From NCBI GenBank assembly GCA_010405405.1, contig MU004230.1, positions 2,018,627 to 2,082,626 of the forward strand: DNA of 64,000 bases, written 5' to 3'. The DNA comes from Microthyrium microscopicum. Lineage: Eukaryota. Position numbers and translations under genes: made by a program. Positions 24,298-37,746 of the stretch are shown here, in pieces. How positions within the stretch are numbered: the stretch's first letter is position 1; every line of letters starts with the position of its first letter. The notes beneath the pieces were generated by a model. The model made no database searches. It had not been told where the DNA came from and saw nothing but the letters and a program-made list of their open reading frames with translations.

Positions 24298-24675
24298 CGA
24301 AGTGCTCCCAATGTGAGAATTGAATAGTATCGCGAGGTGTGAAGTTGGGTGTTGGGAGCATTAGCAAGTAGGAGGTTGATATGACCTTCCCTTTGCAATA
24401 CAAGTGAGCCGCCACAAGAAAGAACAAGTAACAAATACGAGGAAGCCGCGCTCTGCAAGTACACACACCAGGAAAAAACCGTCCACATATAGCATCTCTT
24501 TTATTTGGACATCATGAACAAGCCAAAGCTGGATCCCAGCCAGCATACTAACATATTTCTATATCAAAACAGTCCTCCAAACATGCGCTATGCTTATTAG
24601 TTGAACAGAAGAATGCAAAACAGCTTTCTATTTACCTCCAGACACGCCCTATCTTATTGATATTTTCGTCATTCG

Positions 24676-26284
24676 TTAATCTTTCTTGGGCAAATTCGTG
24701 GCGCCATTTGCGATGATACCGTTGCCAGAGCTTTGCCATTTTTCTCGTGGGATAGTCAGAGCGTTGATGCCGAGATACTCGCATATACTGGTAATAACAA
24801 GATGCGCCCATCGGCTGTAAACTATGAAAGCGAACACGAAATAGATCCGAAGATATGCGAGTTCTGATGCGTTGTCGAAGAATGGATAGATGCCCAAAAT
24901 CGGCAGGTTGACAATGATGGCTCCAGCGACAAGAGGAGTAAGCAAAACAGTCCAGTATGGGAAAGCCTGTCTCGTAAGATGAGCAAGAATTATTTTTGTT
25001 GTCATCCGTCCAAAAACCAGGGACATGGTAAGGCAGAAAAGGGTCAGGTGGTTGTCTTTGAGTAGAAAAGAATAAGATGATCCAAGCCAAGCCATAGAGG
25101 AGAGTGTGAACACTACAATCGGGATCCATTCCAGAAGTAGGGGAAGTGTAGGGAGATTCTTTTCTTTCCGAGCCTTGTGGACATTGTGCACGCATGCCGG
25201 AAGATGCGCAATGAGAAAAGTGCCGAAGACAATCGGTACGAAAAGGTCTCGAATACTAGTCGTTGACCCCAAGATCATGGAGACTGATGGATACTGACTC
25301 GCAATGGGAGTTTGCCAAAATTGAGGTCCATAAATACCAGATGCGATCATCATCAGACTGGCTATAAGGAGGCCCTCTGCGGATTGTCAGCTTCAATAGT
25401 CCAAATGTCAGAGCCGAAGTACTTACCAGTTGGCCCATTAAAATAACCTAGATAGAGAGTATGGGTGTGATACGTCTCCCACGTCGAGAAATACATCGGA
25501 AGCGTCGGTATTAACGCAGTGAAGGCTCCGATGGGAGTGGCGCCAAATCCCATAGCCGTCGTTTCCAACAGACTGGCCAATGTGCAGTTGAGCGAGTCGA
25601 TTCCGTGACTGTCAAAATTAGCAAGCATTCGACATTGCGAGCTTATGCATGACATACTCGAAGAGCTCTCCAAGTGGACTCGACGTCCCCGTCCGCCGAG
25701 CTTGTTTTCCGTCTATATTATCCATGGTCGAGTACCTGTTGGGGGTCAGATTTAAGCTCTGAAGGCTGAAATAAAATGTCTTACATCCACACTCCAAGAC
25801 CAAAGCTCCAGTAAACCCAGCTAGGACCCTATAATCCTATCAATACCAATTCCCGCGAGTCTATTGTTAGTCAAACTCACAGGTCCCTTCAGATCCGGGA
25901 TGAAAAGTTCCATCAAAGCAACATTGCCCAGGATGAACATGAACCCGATCAACGTCACCATGTTCGGCGCCAGCCACATGGGTAGAAACTCGACGACCGC
26001 ATTCCACTATTCCAAGCCAACACCGTCAGTATATATTTCCTGGCTTGCGCGAATCTATCGGGAACGTACGTAGTGTCTTAGGACGTAATGGGAGAGCGGT
26101 GAAAGGTCGACGGAGGAGTATTTGTAGGTCTTGAGATGGGAGAGGGCCTCGTCGGTTAGGCACTCGTGTGCGGCAATGCCTACTCGAGACCAGCGATTAG
26201 CCAGGGCTGTCTTTGCGCGATGAAGGGAGAATGCCATGATGGAGTTTGAGAGAGCGGGTACATACGACTGTTCTTTGGAGCCAT
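24676..26284 (-). CDS. Choline/ethanolamine phosphotransferase (CPT1/EPT1-like CDP-alcohol phosphotransferase)
   Basis: [18 protein letters not shown] and [26 protein letters not shown] signature across introns. About six introns. Confidence 0.92.
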
Positions 26285-27671
26285 AGCTAGTTGTTTTATG
26301 GGGTGGTTCTTCAGTTGCAGGAGGCAGACTAGCTGGAAGAATGGGCCAATGGCGGGGCGAGCTGGAGGATGGTTGTTGAAGATCGGTTTCTTAGGCGCAA
26401 GCTTTCCTCCTTTCTGACGCGCCTACTTATTCAGTTGACTTTAACGTTCAAGAAACTTACTTGAAGAGAAAGTGACTGAAGAAATGTTGAAGCATTCAGC
26501 AAATATGCTGGAAAGAGTCAAGGCGGTAACAAGCACAAGCAATGATGAAGAACATGCAAGCGGGATGCAGTAGTAGCACACACGACCCGCCCGCCATCCG
26601 CCTTGAAATAATACTTGTGCTTGACCATGCATCACGGTCCATCTACATTCTCACCGAAAGCTTGTACCAGCGACAGGCTTTTGCCAGTTGGAACTGCACG
26701 TGAATATGGTTAAGGCCGGGGCCATAGTGCTCATGGACCAGCTGCTCCTTGCCTCCTACTCTTCAAACCCCCTACCCTACAACGTAGCCATCAATCTATA
26801 TATGCTTCACTCCCGGCCTTCCTGACTGGTCCTGCTCATCCTTAGCAGGGACTGTATGGCGATCTCTCGTCAAAGAGTCTGTGAGGGAACTGGGCAACAA
26901 CGACATCGGCGCGAACTAGCGGAGTATCAATTGCTTTTATTGAGCACGCGACTTTCATCTGTGCCTGTTTTACGACTCTCCATGCTGCCATCTGCATATT
27001 GGCTTGGTATAGATGCATATGCCTGCTAGCGCACGAGATGCTTGATATATTGGAGCTGGAGTAGGCTCTGTCGACTCGTGAACAAAATGTATGGCGCGCT
27101 CCCATCAGCTTCGTTGACGTCCATCTGCTACGTTTTGTTATCGATTACTCTATGTCCTATCGAGTGCATAGAAACAATGATGAAGTATCGAATACAATGG
27201 GGATTAGGGACTACGCTCCGGATAAATGTGCAGTGGTAGACATCGCACCAGATGGGAGCGTGCTGTTTAATTGTCGACCTGTCGCTCTGTGTATTATGAT
27301 CGAGTGCTCCGACTTTCGTTTACGTCCAGTCATTGGATCATTTATCACTTTGGAACCATTAAAACTGGATAGCTATTTGGTCAATTTGCATCTAGTGGTA
27401 GTAGAGAGCACCTGTACAGCCTATGACCGACAAACAAATGAGAATCCCAAGCTTAGACTACTACTAGGCCTTCGTTTCCACAGAGCCATCACCACGGCGC
27501 GCATACACTGTCCCATGCAAAGCTCAAGCAATCATTCGTGCAATAACAATAGTTGCAATACTTTTGAAATAACCCTGCAGCCAAGTCAATTCGTTCCTGC
27601 CAACGCCGTTGAAGCTAACGCCGATGTCGGCCAGAACAAGAGACTGCGTTCACTTTGTGCCTGATATCCAT

Positions 27672-30023
27672 CTATCTCGTCGAGAATGCCTTGGTCACGA
27701 TACGCTTGATGGCAAGTTCCTGTACTCCATGTTAGTATTATGTTCAATCAGCCAAAAATGGAAAAACCAACCTTCTTCTTGAGATCCTCTCCGCTGGTAT
27801 CCTCAACCTCGAGCTGAGCCATGGCATCACTAAGAGCACCTTCGATCTTCTCCTTTTGACCACGCTTGAGCTTGACGGCTGTGGTTGGATCCGAGATCAT
27901 CTCCTCGATTCGTGAGATGTAGGCCTCGAGTTGCTGGCGGGCTTCGAATTTCTTGCCGAATGCCTCATCGCTGGTCTTGAACTTTTGAGCATCTAGTCTT
28001 TGTTAGAATAGGATCATGCAGTCAAGTCAATTCGTAATCTTACCGTCGATCATCTGCTCAATCTCAGTAGATGAGAGCTTACCCACCGAGTTGGCGATGG
28101 TGATGTTTGCGCTTCGTCCGGATGTCTTCTCAGTAGCGATGACCTTGAGGATACCGTTGGCGTCAACCTCGAAAACAACTTCGAGGACTGCCTCTCCGGC
28201 TTTCATTGGTGGGATTGGCGCAAGAGTGAATTCACCAAGCGATGTGTTGTCTTCGCAGTTGACACGTTCACCTTGAAAGACTGGAAATTGTACTATGGAC
28301 TCATGATTAGTATAAGACGGTCAAGTGAAGACTGGGTCATTCGAACCGGTCTGTTGGTTGTCGGCAACCGTTGTGAAGGTTCGTTTCTTGAGAGTAGGTA
28401 CTGTCTGTCCTCTCGCAACGACCTAGACCATTGTCGTTAGTATCAGATCATCAGAGGAATAGTGGGTTGCCCAGAAAGACATGACCAGCTGACAATGCCA
28501 GCCAGTAACTTTTCGCCACGATAGCATCATAGCAAAGTGTCAAGCTGCACATATAGGAGGGCGGAGTACTGACGGGCGCGAAAATATTTCCTTCCATAGC
28601 AACACCAAGAGATAGAGGAACGACGTCGAGAAGCAAGAGATCAGCAGTCTCAGCAGAGGTGGCCTTTCCAGAGAGGATACCAGCCTGAACGGCAGCACCG
28701 TAAGCCACGGCCTCGTCAGGGTTGATGGACTTCTCCAACTTCTTGCCATTGAAGAAATCGGTGAGAAGTTTTTGGATTTTTGGAATACGAGTAGATCCAC
28801 CAACGAGAACAATCTCGTCGACCTTGCCCTTCTCGAGGGAAGCGTCCTTGAGGACCTGTTCAACGGGACCGAGGGTACCGCTAAAGGCTTTGCCGTTGAG
28901 TTCTTCGAAGCGAGCACGGGTAATGGTGGCGGTGAAGTCTTCTCCATCGAAGAGAGAATCAATCTCGACAGTGGTGGTTGCGGCACTGGACAAGGTACGC
29001 TTGGCACGCTCGCAAGCGGTCCGCAGACGACGAAGAGCACGAGCATCACCAGTGATGTCCTTCTTGGTCTTGCGCTGGAACTCCTTCTTGAAGTGATCTA
29101 GGAGGTTGGTATCGAAATCTTGACCACCAAGATGGGTGTCACCAGCAGTTGCCTTGACGGTGAAGACACCACCTTGAATGTGGAGTAGAGAGACATCGAA
29201 AGTTCCACCACCAAGATCGTAGATAAGAACATTTCGCTCCTTCTCGGACTTTCCAGCTCCTAGACCGTATGCGATGGCAGCAGCTGTCGGCTCGTTGATG
29301 ATTCGGAGGACGTTCAAGCCGGAGATGGAACCAGCGTCCTTGGTAGCCTGACGTTGGTTGTCGTTGAAGTAGGCTGGGACGGTGACAACGGCCTTTTCGA
29401 CTTTCATGTCAAGCTTGACTTCGGCAACTTCCTTCATCTGCGTATGGTCAGTGCTTGTATGGAAAAGTAGGTGATAATTCGGACCTTGGTAAGAACCATA
29501 GCAGAGATTTCTTGTGGAGAAAAGGTCTTTTTCTCTCCAAGGTACTCAACCTGGACCATTGGATTACCGCCCTGGTCAATGACCTTGAATGGCCAAGAGA
29601 TGATATCCTTCTTGACGGTATCATCATCGAAACGGCGACCGATGAGACGCCTACGACACTTGTTAGAAGGCCTGGTATCCCAAGTCGACAACCAAAACTC
29701 ACTTGACATCGAAGACAGTGTTGGCTGGGTTCATAGCAGCCTGATTCTTAGCCGCCTCACCGATCAAACGCTCCTCGGGTGTGAAAGAGACGAAGGATGG
29801 TGTGGTGAAGCTACCTTGCTCATTGGCAACTGTATATAGTGTTAGACGCTGGAATTGTGAATGGTATATGGAGCGCGTACTGATTTCGACATTGCTTCCC
29901 TCGTATACGGCAACGCAAGAGTAGGTTGTTCCTATAAAAGTGTAAGTACTGCTGTTCACCGCCAATATCGCGAAGGGGAGATTTGCCCAAGTCTATGCCT
30001 ATCGCACCATCGTAGACCGACAT
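27672..30023 (-). CDS. SSB1: Ribosome-associated Hsp70 (SSB type)
   Basis: [39 protein letters not shown] and C-terminal [11 protein letters not shown] without EEVD. Eight introns. Confidence 0.95.
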
Positions 30024-31942
30024 CGTTTTTTTTGGTGATCAGAAGAGTAGATAGAGGAGAGGAGGATGTATTTGATTAGGACAAGGAGAGGGCGGTTGGG
30101 AGGTGTGGGTTGAAGAAGCACGGCGTCAAGCTTTTTTCAAGATGGAATAAAAAATGGTGTGTCAAGGTCGATCGGTGGGCACTTGCTCAGTGGGGTCGTG
30201 CTAGACTCTTTATAGCTTAGCGCAGTATGCATCTTCCATTCTCTCGTGTCGCTCTTGACTTCTGGTCGTTAAAACTCAACATGAAGAACACCTGTGATCT
30301 GGGGCAACATCCGCGCATACTCATACTGTCTGGAAATCCCATCTGACCTGCTGTCCTTTCATGGAGGACTCCTACTATCACTCAGAATTGGCTGGCTCCC
30401 CGATTGCCTACAAAGCTTTGTAGGCGGGTCTCAACACTTCCAATGTCCATTATGACGTGTTTTGATGGCAAGACAGCAAACAAGAACTACTAGCAGGACA
30501 TTTTGGAAGAAGACAGAAGGGAAGAGGCATTAAACGACCAGAGAAGCCAGCCAGGTATTCATACAATTGCTTCGAGTTTACTACCGAGATGCTTTCAGGA
30601 TCTGGAAGCTCTTTGCAGTGAGGTTCCTCCCACATCTTTTAAAAGTTGGGCAAAACAACTAAAGGCAATGCCGAATGATATCAATTCGCGCCATACATAG
30701 TGAGTTGATTCGCTTATACCGGTTATATGTATGAAGCCGTTTTCAATGCGGTAATGTAGATATGACGGATTAACCACGACAAATCAGCAATGACCTGGAG
30801 CCAGTGAATACTTGATCATAGCTCGATAGATGAATCACGGCTTGTAGTGCGACGAATCCACGATCCTCGTCATCCTCGTCATCATCTTCCCAATCAACAA
30901 CATACTAGGCTGCTGATGCCCGATGGATCGTAGAACTCGCGGAAACGGTTGACTGAGCATGGCAGCGGATAGTAACGCGAACGGTTGCTCCGCCACGGAT
31001 GTGGCGACGAACGCATCCTTCTGGGTCTTCTAACCAACCGTGGTGGAACAGGTAATCCGTAGTGTTGCTCAAGGACACTTGATTGCGGCAAATGATACCG
31101 CCTGGGCAGAAGCGATCTCGAAGCTGGACGTCCTAGGTTCGTCTTTCTGCGAACATGGCAGATTTACGGACTTCAGGCATCGTCGCTGTACTAGGTCAGT
31201 AATGACGTTTGTTCACAATAGAAGACATTACTAACAAGACATTGTGCAGCGTCCACGTAGATAGATTTCCCGTCTCTCTGGCTGACGAGATACTTGGCGA
31301 TGTTGCTTAAGAGGTTGGAATAGACATCTTTGCGGCTGACGAAATACCTGGCGCTGCTGCGGATGAGAGCGATTCGGACAACGCTTATCACGATTGGTGC
31401 TATATGCGAAGCCGCCTTCTCGAGCCGGCGAAGGAGGAGGTGGACCTGGAGTCCGAGTTGGTCTGGCATGTTGATAGAGCGTCTATGGCTCATATGACAC
31501 TGGCAGAATAACTGAGGACGATAGGTTTAAGTGATCAACTGCATGGCAAACCAAATGGCGTACTCCCATCAACTCTGATGGCACCCAGTCGCTACGCTCT
31601 GGCATCGAGTGCTTTATTTACCATCTGGGGCCTTTAGACTCGGATAATTAATCGAATGCGCTGGGAAATATAACACCTCTTGATTAGTAGCATTGGTGGG
31701 AGCCAGCGAAGCCGATAGGAGAACACCAGTTAGTTTGTCATGCGGTTGCTTACAGGAAGTCTCTCACTCCTTTCCTTCCCTCTCCTATACCTTTCTCATC
31801 TCGCTGGTCGTCAAAACCACTACTGTCAATTCCTTACTTTATCGCTGCACTCCTGTAAATTATGTTCACAAACTGAGAGACACCCAAACTATCAGTCGCT
31901 CACCTTGTGAGAATTCAATCGACTCGGCTTCCATCGAGATTC

Positions 31943-33193
31943 ATGATCCAGGCCCCCTTCTTCCTATACTATTCTGGTCTCAAGTCGCTATATACAATTC
32001 GTTCCATGGAGAGGACGGACAATTGCCCACTGGAGCTGGTTATCGTTATCAATCGCTATAGCTGGACTATTACGACTGGAACCATTCCGAGAAGGGATGA
32101 CGACTCCCAATCCCAGTTGATGTTCGATGGATTTGTACCACATCGCCAGAAGACGTATAGCTGCCGATGTGACCCACGTAAGAAATTCCTTACTCTGGAT
32201 GGGTACTCCTCTCGACTCAGCGGGTGAGGAAAAACGTTCAATCTACTCGCAGAGGCCCTTACTGAATTAGTCAACCTGCGGAATTCATCAAATGGCGACT
32301 TTGCTATTGTGGTAGCTGGCTCCGACGGATTGACCACGACCGGATCCTTCTTTCAGGGACTATTCGCTAGCCATCAGAAAGGCCTATTCTGTTTCATCGA
32401 TTTTCTGAGTTATTCATCCAACTTACCTGCTGGCTTACATATCCTCCCGATCTGGAAAATTCTTAGGGTCATCCCCTTATATGAGGCTCTACGTTCAAGG
32501 ATACCAAATCCTACAGGAACATGGGAAGATAAGATCTTCGCCCTGCTCCATCGATGGGGTGAGCATAACCTGTCTAAATTCTCAGCGGCATTCTTTTCTG
32601 GTGCGAACGAGAAAGTTTTCCCTGGAGCACGGCATATTTCCGATGAGCGAATCGATCTACAGACCCTACTCGAGTTTGTCACTGCTCCAAGTCTGATGGT
32701 AACTTCGATGCGCATACCGGACAAGACAGGCAATCAATGCTTTTGGTGCCATCATGCCACTGCCAATCTATCTGATAGCCTCTGCTTAGATTGCGCCGAC
32801 CAAGTCCGAGTATTCTCTATCGGTCCCAAGCCAAGACCACGCATCAACACCTTCGACCCCGTTAGTGGCCATAAATTCGCCAGCGTGGACTTGCCCGTTT
32901 ACGAGGAGACCAAGTTATTGCCAAGTCCTAGGCCACGCACACAGTGTGCCACCTACTGGGCCTTTAGTTGGTATGGTCTAAAATGTGGATGGTGTGTGGA
33001 TAGCGGGAGGACACATCGAGTGTATGATCAGGAGATGAACATTCTGCATATCGACTCAGACACAACCATGGGCGGAGAATCAGTCACGGACGGCGCCTCT
33101 ACACAACTAACCACTACATGGACCATGATTGTGCCTTCTCAAAACGAATTCGAAGAGCTTGAACATGGCAGTCATCTGTTAAGCTATAGTTAG
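31943..33193 (+). CDS. Orphan protein with Cys motifs (CxxC..CxxC); contains one in-frame TGA or a weak intron
   Basis: ORFs 31907-32227 and 32228-33193 share one frame. CFWC..CLDC and CGWC motifs. No family recognised. Confidence 0.4.
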
Positions 33194-34029
33194 AATGAAC
33201 TTGTAATGTTAGCATTTTACTAATAAATTGATACCTTTGACCTGTAGGCTTTTGATGTATTAGCACATCTCGATAGGAACCGGCGTTGGGTATACCAAAA
33301 ATGACACCGGTCGATCTAGTCACAACAACGGCATTAGACTTTATTCACCATTGGATCCAATACAACAACTGGGAGTCCATATCCGGCCATGAATAAGCCA
33401 TCCATTGTCACCCGATCCCCCAAACATTGCAATCGCGGATGCGCCTTTGCATAATACGCCTACCATCATGTCTCTTGCCAATCATGACATCCCTTTCTAT
33501 TCAATAGCGTCGTAAATATTACTAATTACATTTGAGGCTAAGCCGTCTTACTAGTATATATTATAGGCGTAAACGTCAAAGTTATTTTTGCCGTTCTGCT
33601 TACGAAATATTTCTTAGACCAACGTAGAGATTTTAACAAGCTGTATTTGGCCTTTCCAACCTGGAATGTGTTGGTCCCGTTGGCAAACATACAGGCCTGC
33701 TACACCACCATTTTCCCAAGCGTGGTGGCGTTCAGAGTTTATGGGATAGGAGCATGTTTGTTTTGCTTATAAGCAGTTATATGACATTAGTTTGAAGTAG
33801 ACCCTGATCGAGACGCTCTTCAATTGTGTTCGAGAATGTCAGACTATTCCTCAACAACACTTATGATATATAATAGATGGCGATGGTGTCCATGGTATAA
33901 TTAGTCTCAATGAATGTCATGAACCTTAGTCTACAACATCTCATGATAGGAATCTTGAAAGATTGTGTATTGTATAAGCTTAATCTTATAATCGCCGGCT
34001 ATCTACTAATTGGGTATTCCAAACACCCA

Positions 34030-37000
34030 CTACAAAACAAGAAACAATTCCTCCATGGCCAAGTTATCGGTGCCCAGGTTAGGATAGTAAGGTACAATTG
34101 AGTCAGCGGACATTGTATAAGCGTCGTTATACAATCGCCAGTACGGTTGACGAACTTTTCGTGCTGGATGAAAGAGGCCAGCCCAGACATAGTTGAGCGT
34201 CACACCGTTTCCAACCGCCACCCGAATGGCGTCGATAGCTTCGCATATCCGGTCAATGACGTGGGGACTGGACTCGTAGATGTTTGGCATGACTAGGTTG
34301 AGCAAGTGAACAAGTGCATCTTCGCAGCCCATGCCTACCACGCCTAGAGCAATATGCTTGACGACAGAGGCGGCGGTCTGCCTATGTACTTGGTCTCGAT
34401 CGATTAGAGCGTCTTCGAGTAATGGTGTCACGGCATAGACATAATCCTTTGCCATTTCGCCAATGTATTCGAAAACGAAGGTGAGAGACTTGAGCACTCC
34501 GTTCTGGACATTGAGTTCTGGTACTCGGTATTCATTCATCAAGGCGGGGAGGACGGTGAATGGTGCGCATGTTTCAGCAACAATGCCAATGGCAACGGCT
34601 GTACATACACGAGATTGACGCTCTTGAACTCGCAAGTTGTTGAGTAGAGTTGCGAGGACATCTTGCGGACCAATGGCCTTGGCGATGTAGCCAAATGTGT
34701 TGTTTGCTGCTCGGCGAATACCTTTTTTGTGAGCCTTTAGCATGTCGAGCAATTCAAAACAGATTCGCATCCATTCACGGGCGTTGACACTCTCAGGCCC
34801 ACGATCAGCAATACGGCCAACAAGATCAATGGTATTCTCTTGGACCTTTTCGTGTCGATTTCGTAGGATGGGCGTCAATCGAGGGAGGAGATCTCGAATT
34901 GGTGGTTTCATTTCATTGATACCCACCACGGTGACAATGGATCGTAGTGCACCAAGAATGGAGCCAAGTACTTCAGGGTATTCTTCACCAAGGTATTCAT
35001 AGAGAACAACGCTGACCTTGGACATGAGCTGATCTTCACCACATTGCTTCATGACCATTGCGATGCGAGATACGAGATCTGCTGCTTGTTGACGAACAGA
35101 CGGCGATTTGTTGTTGAGTTTCCAGAGGATGGTGCTAGCAATTTGGGTGAGGTACGGCTTGCACCGGATTCCGAGAGAGTTAACGACAGTACCGAACCCA
35201 TTGAGCAGGACAATATCCTCGACGCTCTGTTCGTGAAAGGAATGAAGAATGCCATCAATCAGGCGCTCCTCCAAACGTTCGCTAATATCTGCAGCACCCA
35301 AGCTGGCCACAATCTTCTCGATGGTCTCGACGGTCATCTTTCGATAAGCTTCAGACTCATCCTTGAGATTCGCCACCAACCGATCCAAAATTTCTGCTCC
35401 GCCAACCTTTTGTGAGATGTCTACAGTTGTATCAACAACTTGTCGGTAATTGCGCTTATCCAAAGCCATTCTTCGAACCCAAAAGCTCTTGAAAAAGTCG
35501 TTGAGGACGTTCTCTTTCAAGTACGCGGCAGTAACTCCGTCAGTATTGGCACATTGGGAGATGACTTTGAGTACCACCTTCTTCATCTCATCATCCGGAG
35601 AAGAGAATTCCCGTAGAAGAATCTCCATGATCTGGCTGGTGTAGTAATTTGCGTACTCTTCGTCCATCAATGGAATGATATATCCAACAGCCTTGAGGAA
35701 ACCAGCTAGGCCTTTGCCTCGTTGTTTGCGGGCACCAGTCCATAGAGGGTTGAGGATTTCGTCAAAGCTTTCGATACCGTATGGATTAGCGGCTTCAGCA
35801 AGAGCTGCGATCGCAAGAGATGTAACAGTTCGAACCTTGGCTTGCTCATCGTTGAGGTTGTCGGATATACAGTCGACCAACCCTTTCAAGTGTGGAAGGA
35901 TAGCACAACCCATGAGGATAGGAATTTGTTGCACAATCTTAACGCCAGTGTGACGTGCTTGCCATGACTTTTTGCTGCGACATACAGCTCGTAAGAATGG
36001 CAGAAGCGCAGGTATACCAAGAGCAGAGGCGACTACTGCGAATGCTCGGGCTGTTGTGTTTCGTACATATTCATCGACGTGATCAATATCTGGTCTCATG
36101 GTGCTAATCATGGTGGCGAGACCAGCGGCTTTACTGAGGTTGGAGATGATTTCCCGTCCTTCCACGCGAGCGTAGTAATCTTGATCAATCAACAGAGGCT
36201 CAATGACAACCAGAATTTTGTGAACAAATGGCCGAACAAGGTCATCCAGTTTGTAGAGAACACGATCGATAACTTTAACCAACAAATGTCGTTCTTGATC
36301 TTCCAAAGTCCGTTCCATGAGTAATGGTAGAATCTGGTTAAACAATGGGCCAGCACCAAACTGTCGAGCATTGTCTGTGATTTGACGGAGAGCGGTCTTT
36401 CGCATTGGAGGTGTGCCGTTCTTGACCTTGAGCAGCAACCTCATGATCTTACGCTCTTTTAATTCTTCCACGCTTAATTGATTCTCGTCTTGGCCATCCA
36501 TGAGTTTGTCGAAATACTTGAGATCACTCTCTTTCAAGAAAGCGAGCTCTGGGCCAATTCCCGGGATCTCGGTGGGCATTTGCTTGCCCATAGCTCGAGG
36601 TGTGTCTTCCTGCATCATAAAACCACCAAATCCAGCAGCAGGTTCAGAAGCCGGGGTGGACATGACGCGCCTAGCAGCATATCTTTGCGGCTCATACCCA
36701 GGAGGTGGATCGAGAACCTTGTATCCTTCGGATGGGAGCATCATGTCGAGTTCTTCATCGCTAAATGGCATGGTGCGACCGGAAATGTCAGTACCAAAAC
36801 TAACAACGCCCGCTTGTGGTGGAGCGGGAGTTGCCTGTCCTTGATTAGCCGCAGGGCCAGCATTAGAAAGGGAAGGAGCTTGATCCCATCTGGATCGGCG
36901 TCTGGCCGCTGCAGCCTCAGCTGCAGAATCAGGTGCTGGTGTTGTATCCCATCGAGATTTCTTAGTTTTGGCATCACTGGGCTGTTCATTATCAGCGGGA

Positions 37001-37746
37001 GCTTCACCATTCTCAGACGCAACGTCCCAGCGTTGTTTTCGCTTACGACCCGCAACTGCGACTGTTGAGCCAGCCTCACCATTTTCCTTGTCGCTTGTTT
37101 CCTCGGCTTTGAGAGTGGGCGCATGTTCTGTTGAGCCGTTCTGACCATTGGTCTTCTTTTCGGTGATGAGTTGCTTGACTCGGGCCTCCTCACGTTCGAG
37201 GTCTCGCATAGCCATCACTTCGCGATAGCTTGCTCCTTCGCCTTGCACACCAGCTTGGCTATTAGCCGCAAAGGCATCGGCTCGGGTAGGAGTCAAGGGA
37301 CCGCGATCATATCGTTTTTTCTGGTAGTCAGATTCTCGCGCTGAGATCTGTGCTTGCTGTTCTCGGCTCATAAGGATATCATCTTCTTGTGTCGCGCCAT
37401 GAGCATACTCGTTCATTTGTTCCTTTGTTGCCGTGTACTGGCCAACAAGGCGTCTGCCATTTAATTCCACATCCTCCATCTCAGCATCCTCGCCTACAGC
37501 AATGGAAGTATTATAGCCAGCAAATTTATCCGTATTGCCCGATTCGTAGAGGTTGGAGTCGAAGGCTTCTGTTAGGGATGCCTTGCCATTGTCAGTTGGC
37601 GCGTCAGTCGCTTCGAAAATCTTCTTCTTTCCTGCGGCAGCATTGCGCTCCTGCTGGAGACGCTTGATGGTCTCAAACTCGGCTATATTAGCAGTCAGCA
37701 AAAGGGTGCCTTTATCAGGCTGTTTGTAGTTCTTACCGTCAGACAT
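34030..37746 (-). CDS. SF3B1: U2 snRNP splicing factor 3B subunit 1 (Hsh155/Prp10)
   Basis: RWD ULM repeats, [14 protein letters not shown] and HEAT repeats. ATG 37746, intron 37683-37736. Confidence 0.97.
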   Translation of the reverse strand: MSDGKNYKQPDKGTLLLTANIAEFETIKRLQQERNAAAGKKKIFEATDAPTDNGKASLTEAFDSNLYESGNTDKFAGYNTSIAVGEDAEMEDVELNGRRLVGQYTATKEQMNEYAHGATQEDDILMSREQQAQISARESDYQKKRYDRGPLTPTRADAFAANSQAGVQGEGASYREVMAMRDLEREEARVKQLITEKKTNGQNGSTEHAPTLKAEETSDKENGEAGSTVAVAGRKRKQRWDVASENGEAPADNEQPSDAKTKKSRWDTTPAPDSAAEAAAARRRSRWDQAPSLSNAGPAANQGQATPAPPQAGVVSFGTDISGRTMPFSDEELDMMLPSEGYKVLDPPPGYEPQRYAARRVMSTPASEPAAGFGGFMMQEDTPRAMGKQMPTEIPGIGPELAFLKESDLKYFDKLMDGQDENQLSVEELKERKIMRLLLKVKNGTPPMRKTALRQITDNARQFGAGPLFNQILPLLMERTLEDQERHLLVKVIDRVLYKLDDLVRPFVHKILVVIEPLLIDQDYYARVEGREIISNLSKAAGLATMISTMRPDIDHVDEYVRNTTARAFAVVASALGIPALLPFLRAVCRSKKSWQARHTGVKIVQQIPILMGCAILPHLKGLVDCISDNLNDEQAKVRTVTSLAIAALAEAANPYGIESFDEILNPLWTGARKQRGKGLAGFLKAVGYIIPLMDEEYANYYTSQIMEILLREFSSPDDEMKKVVLKVISQCANTDGVTAAYLKENVLNDFFKSFWVRRMALDKRNYRQVVDTTVDISQKVGGAEILDRLVANLKDESEAYRKMTVETIEKIVASLGAADISERLEERLIDGILHSFHEQSVEDIVLLNGFGTVVNSLGIRCKPYLTQIASTILWKLNNKSPSVRQQAADLVSRIAMVMKQCGEDQLMSKVSVVLYEYLGEEYPEVLGSILGALRSIVTVVGINEMKPPIRDLLPRLTPILRNRHEKVQENTIDLVGRIADRGPESVNAREWMRICFELLDMLKAHKKGIRRAANNTFGYIAKAIGPQDVLATLLNNLRVQERQSRVCTAVAIGIVAETCAPFTVLPALMNEYRVPELNVQNGVLKSLTFVFEYIGEMAKDYVYAVTPLLEDALIDRDQVHRQTAASVVKHIALGVVGMGCEDALVHLLNLVMPNIYESSPHVIDRICEAIDAIRVAVGNGVTLNYVWAGLFHPARKVRQPYWRLYNDAYTMSADSIVPYYPNLGTDNLAMEELFLVL

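Noticed and set aside
27152..27664. 170-aa plus-strand ORF
   Set aside because: Starts at a non-ATG codon, overlaps the SSB 3' UTR antisense, and has no recognisable motifs.
28540..29839. Long antisense and alternate-frame ORFs over SSB (likewise over SF3B1, cysA, VPS33 and dynein)
   Set aside because: Expected shadows of codon bias in conserved genes; no independent motifs.
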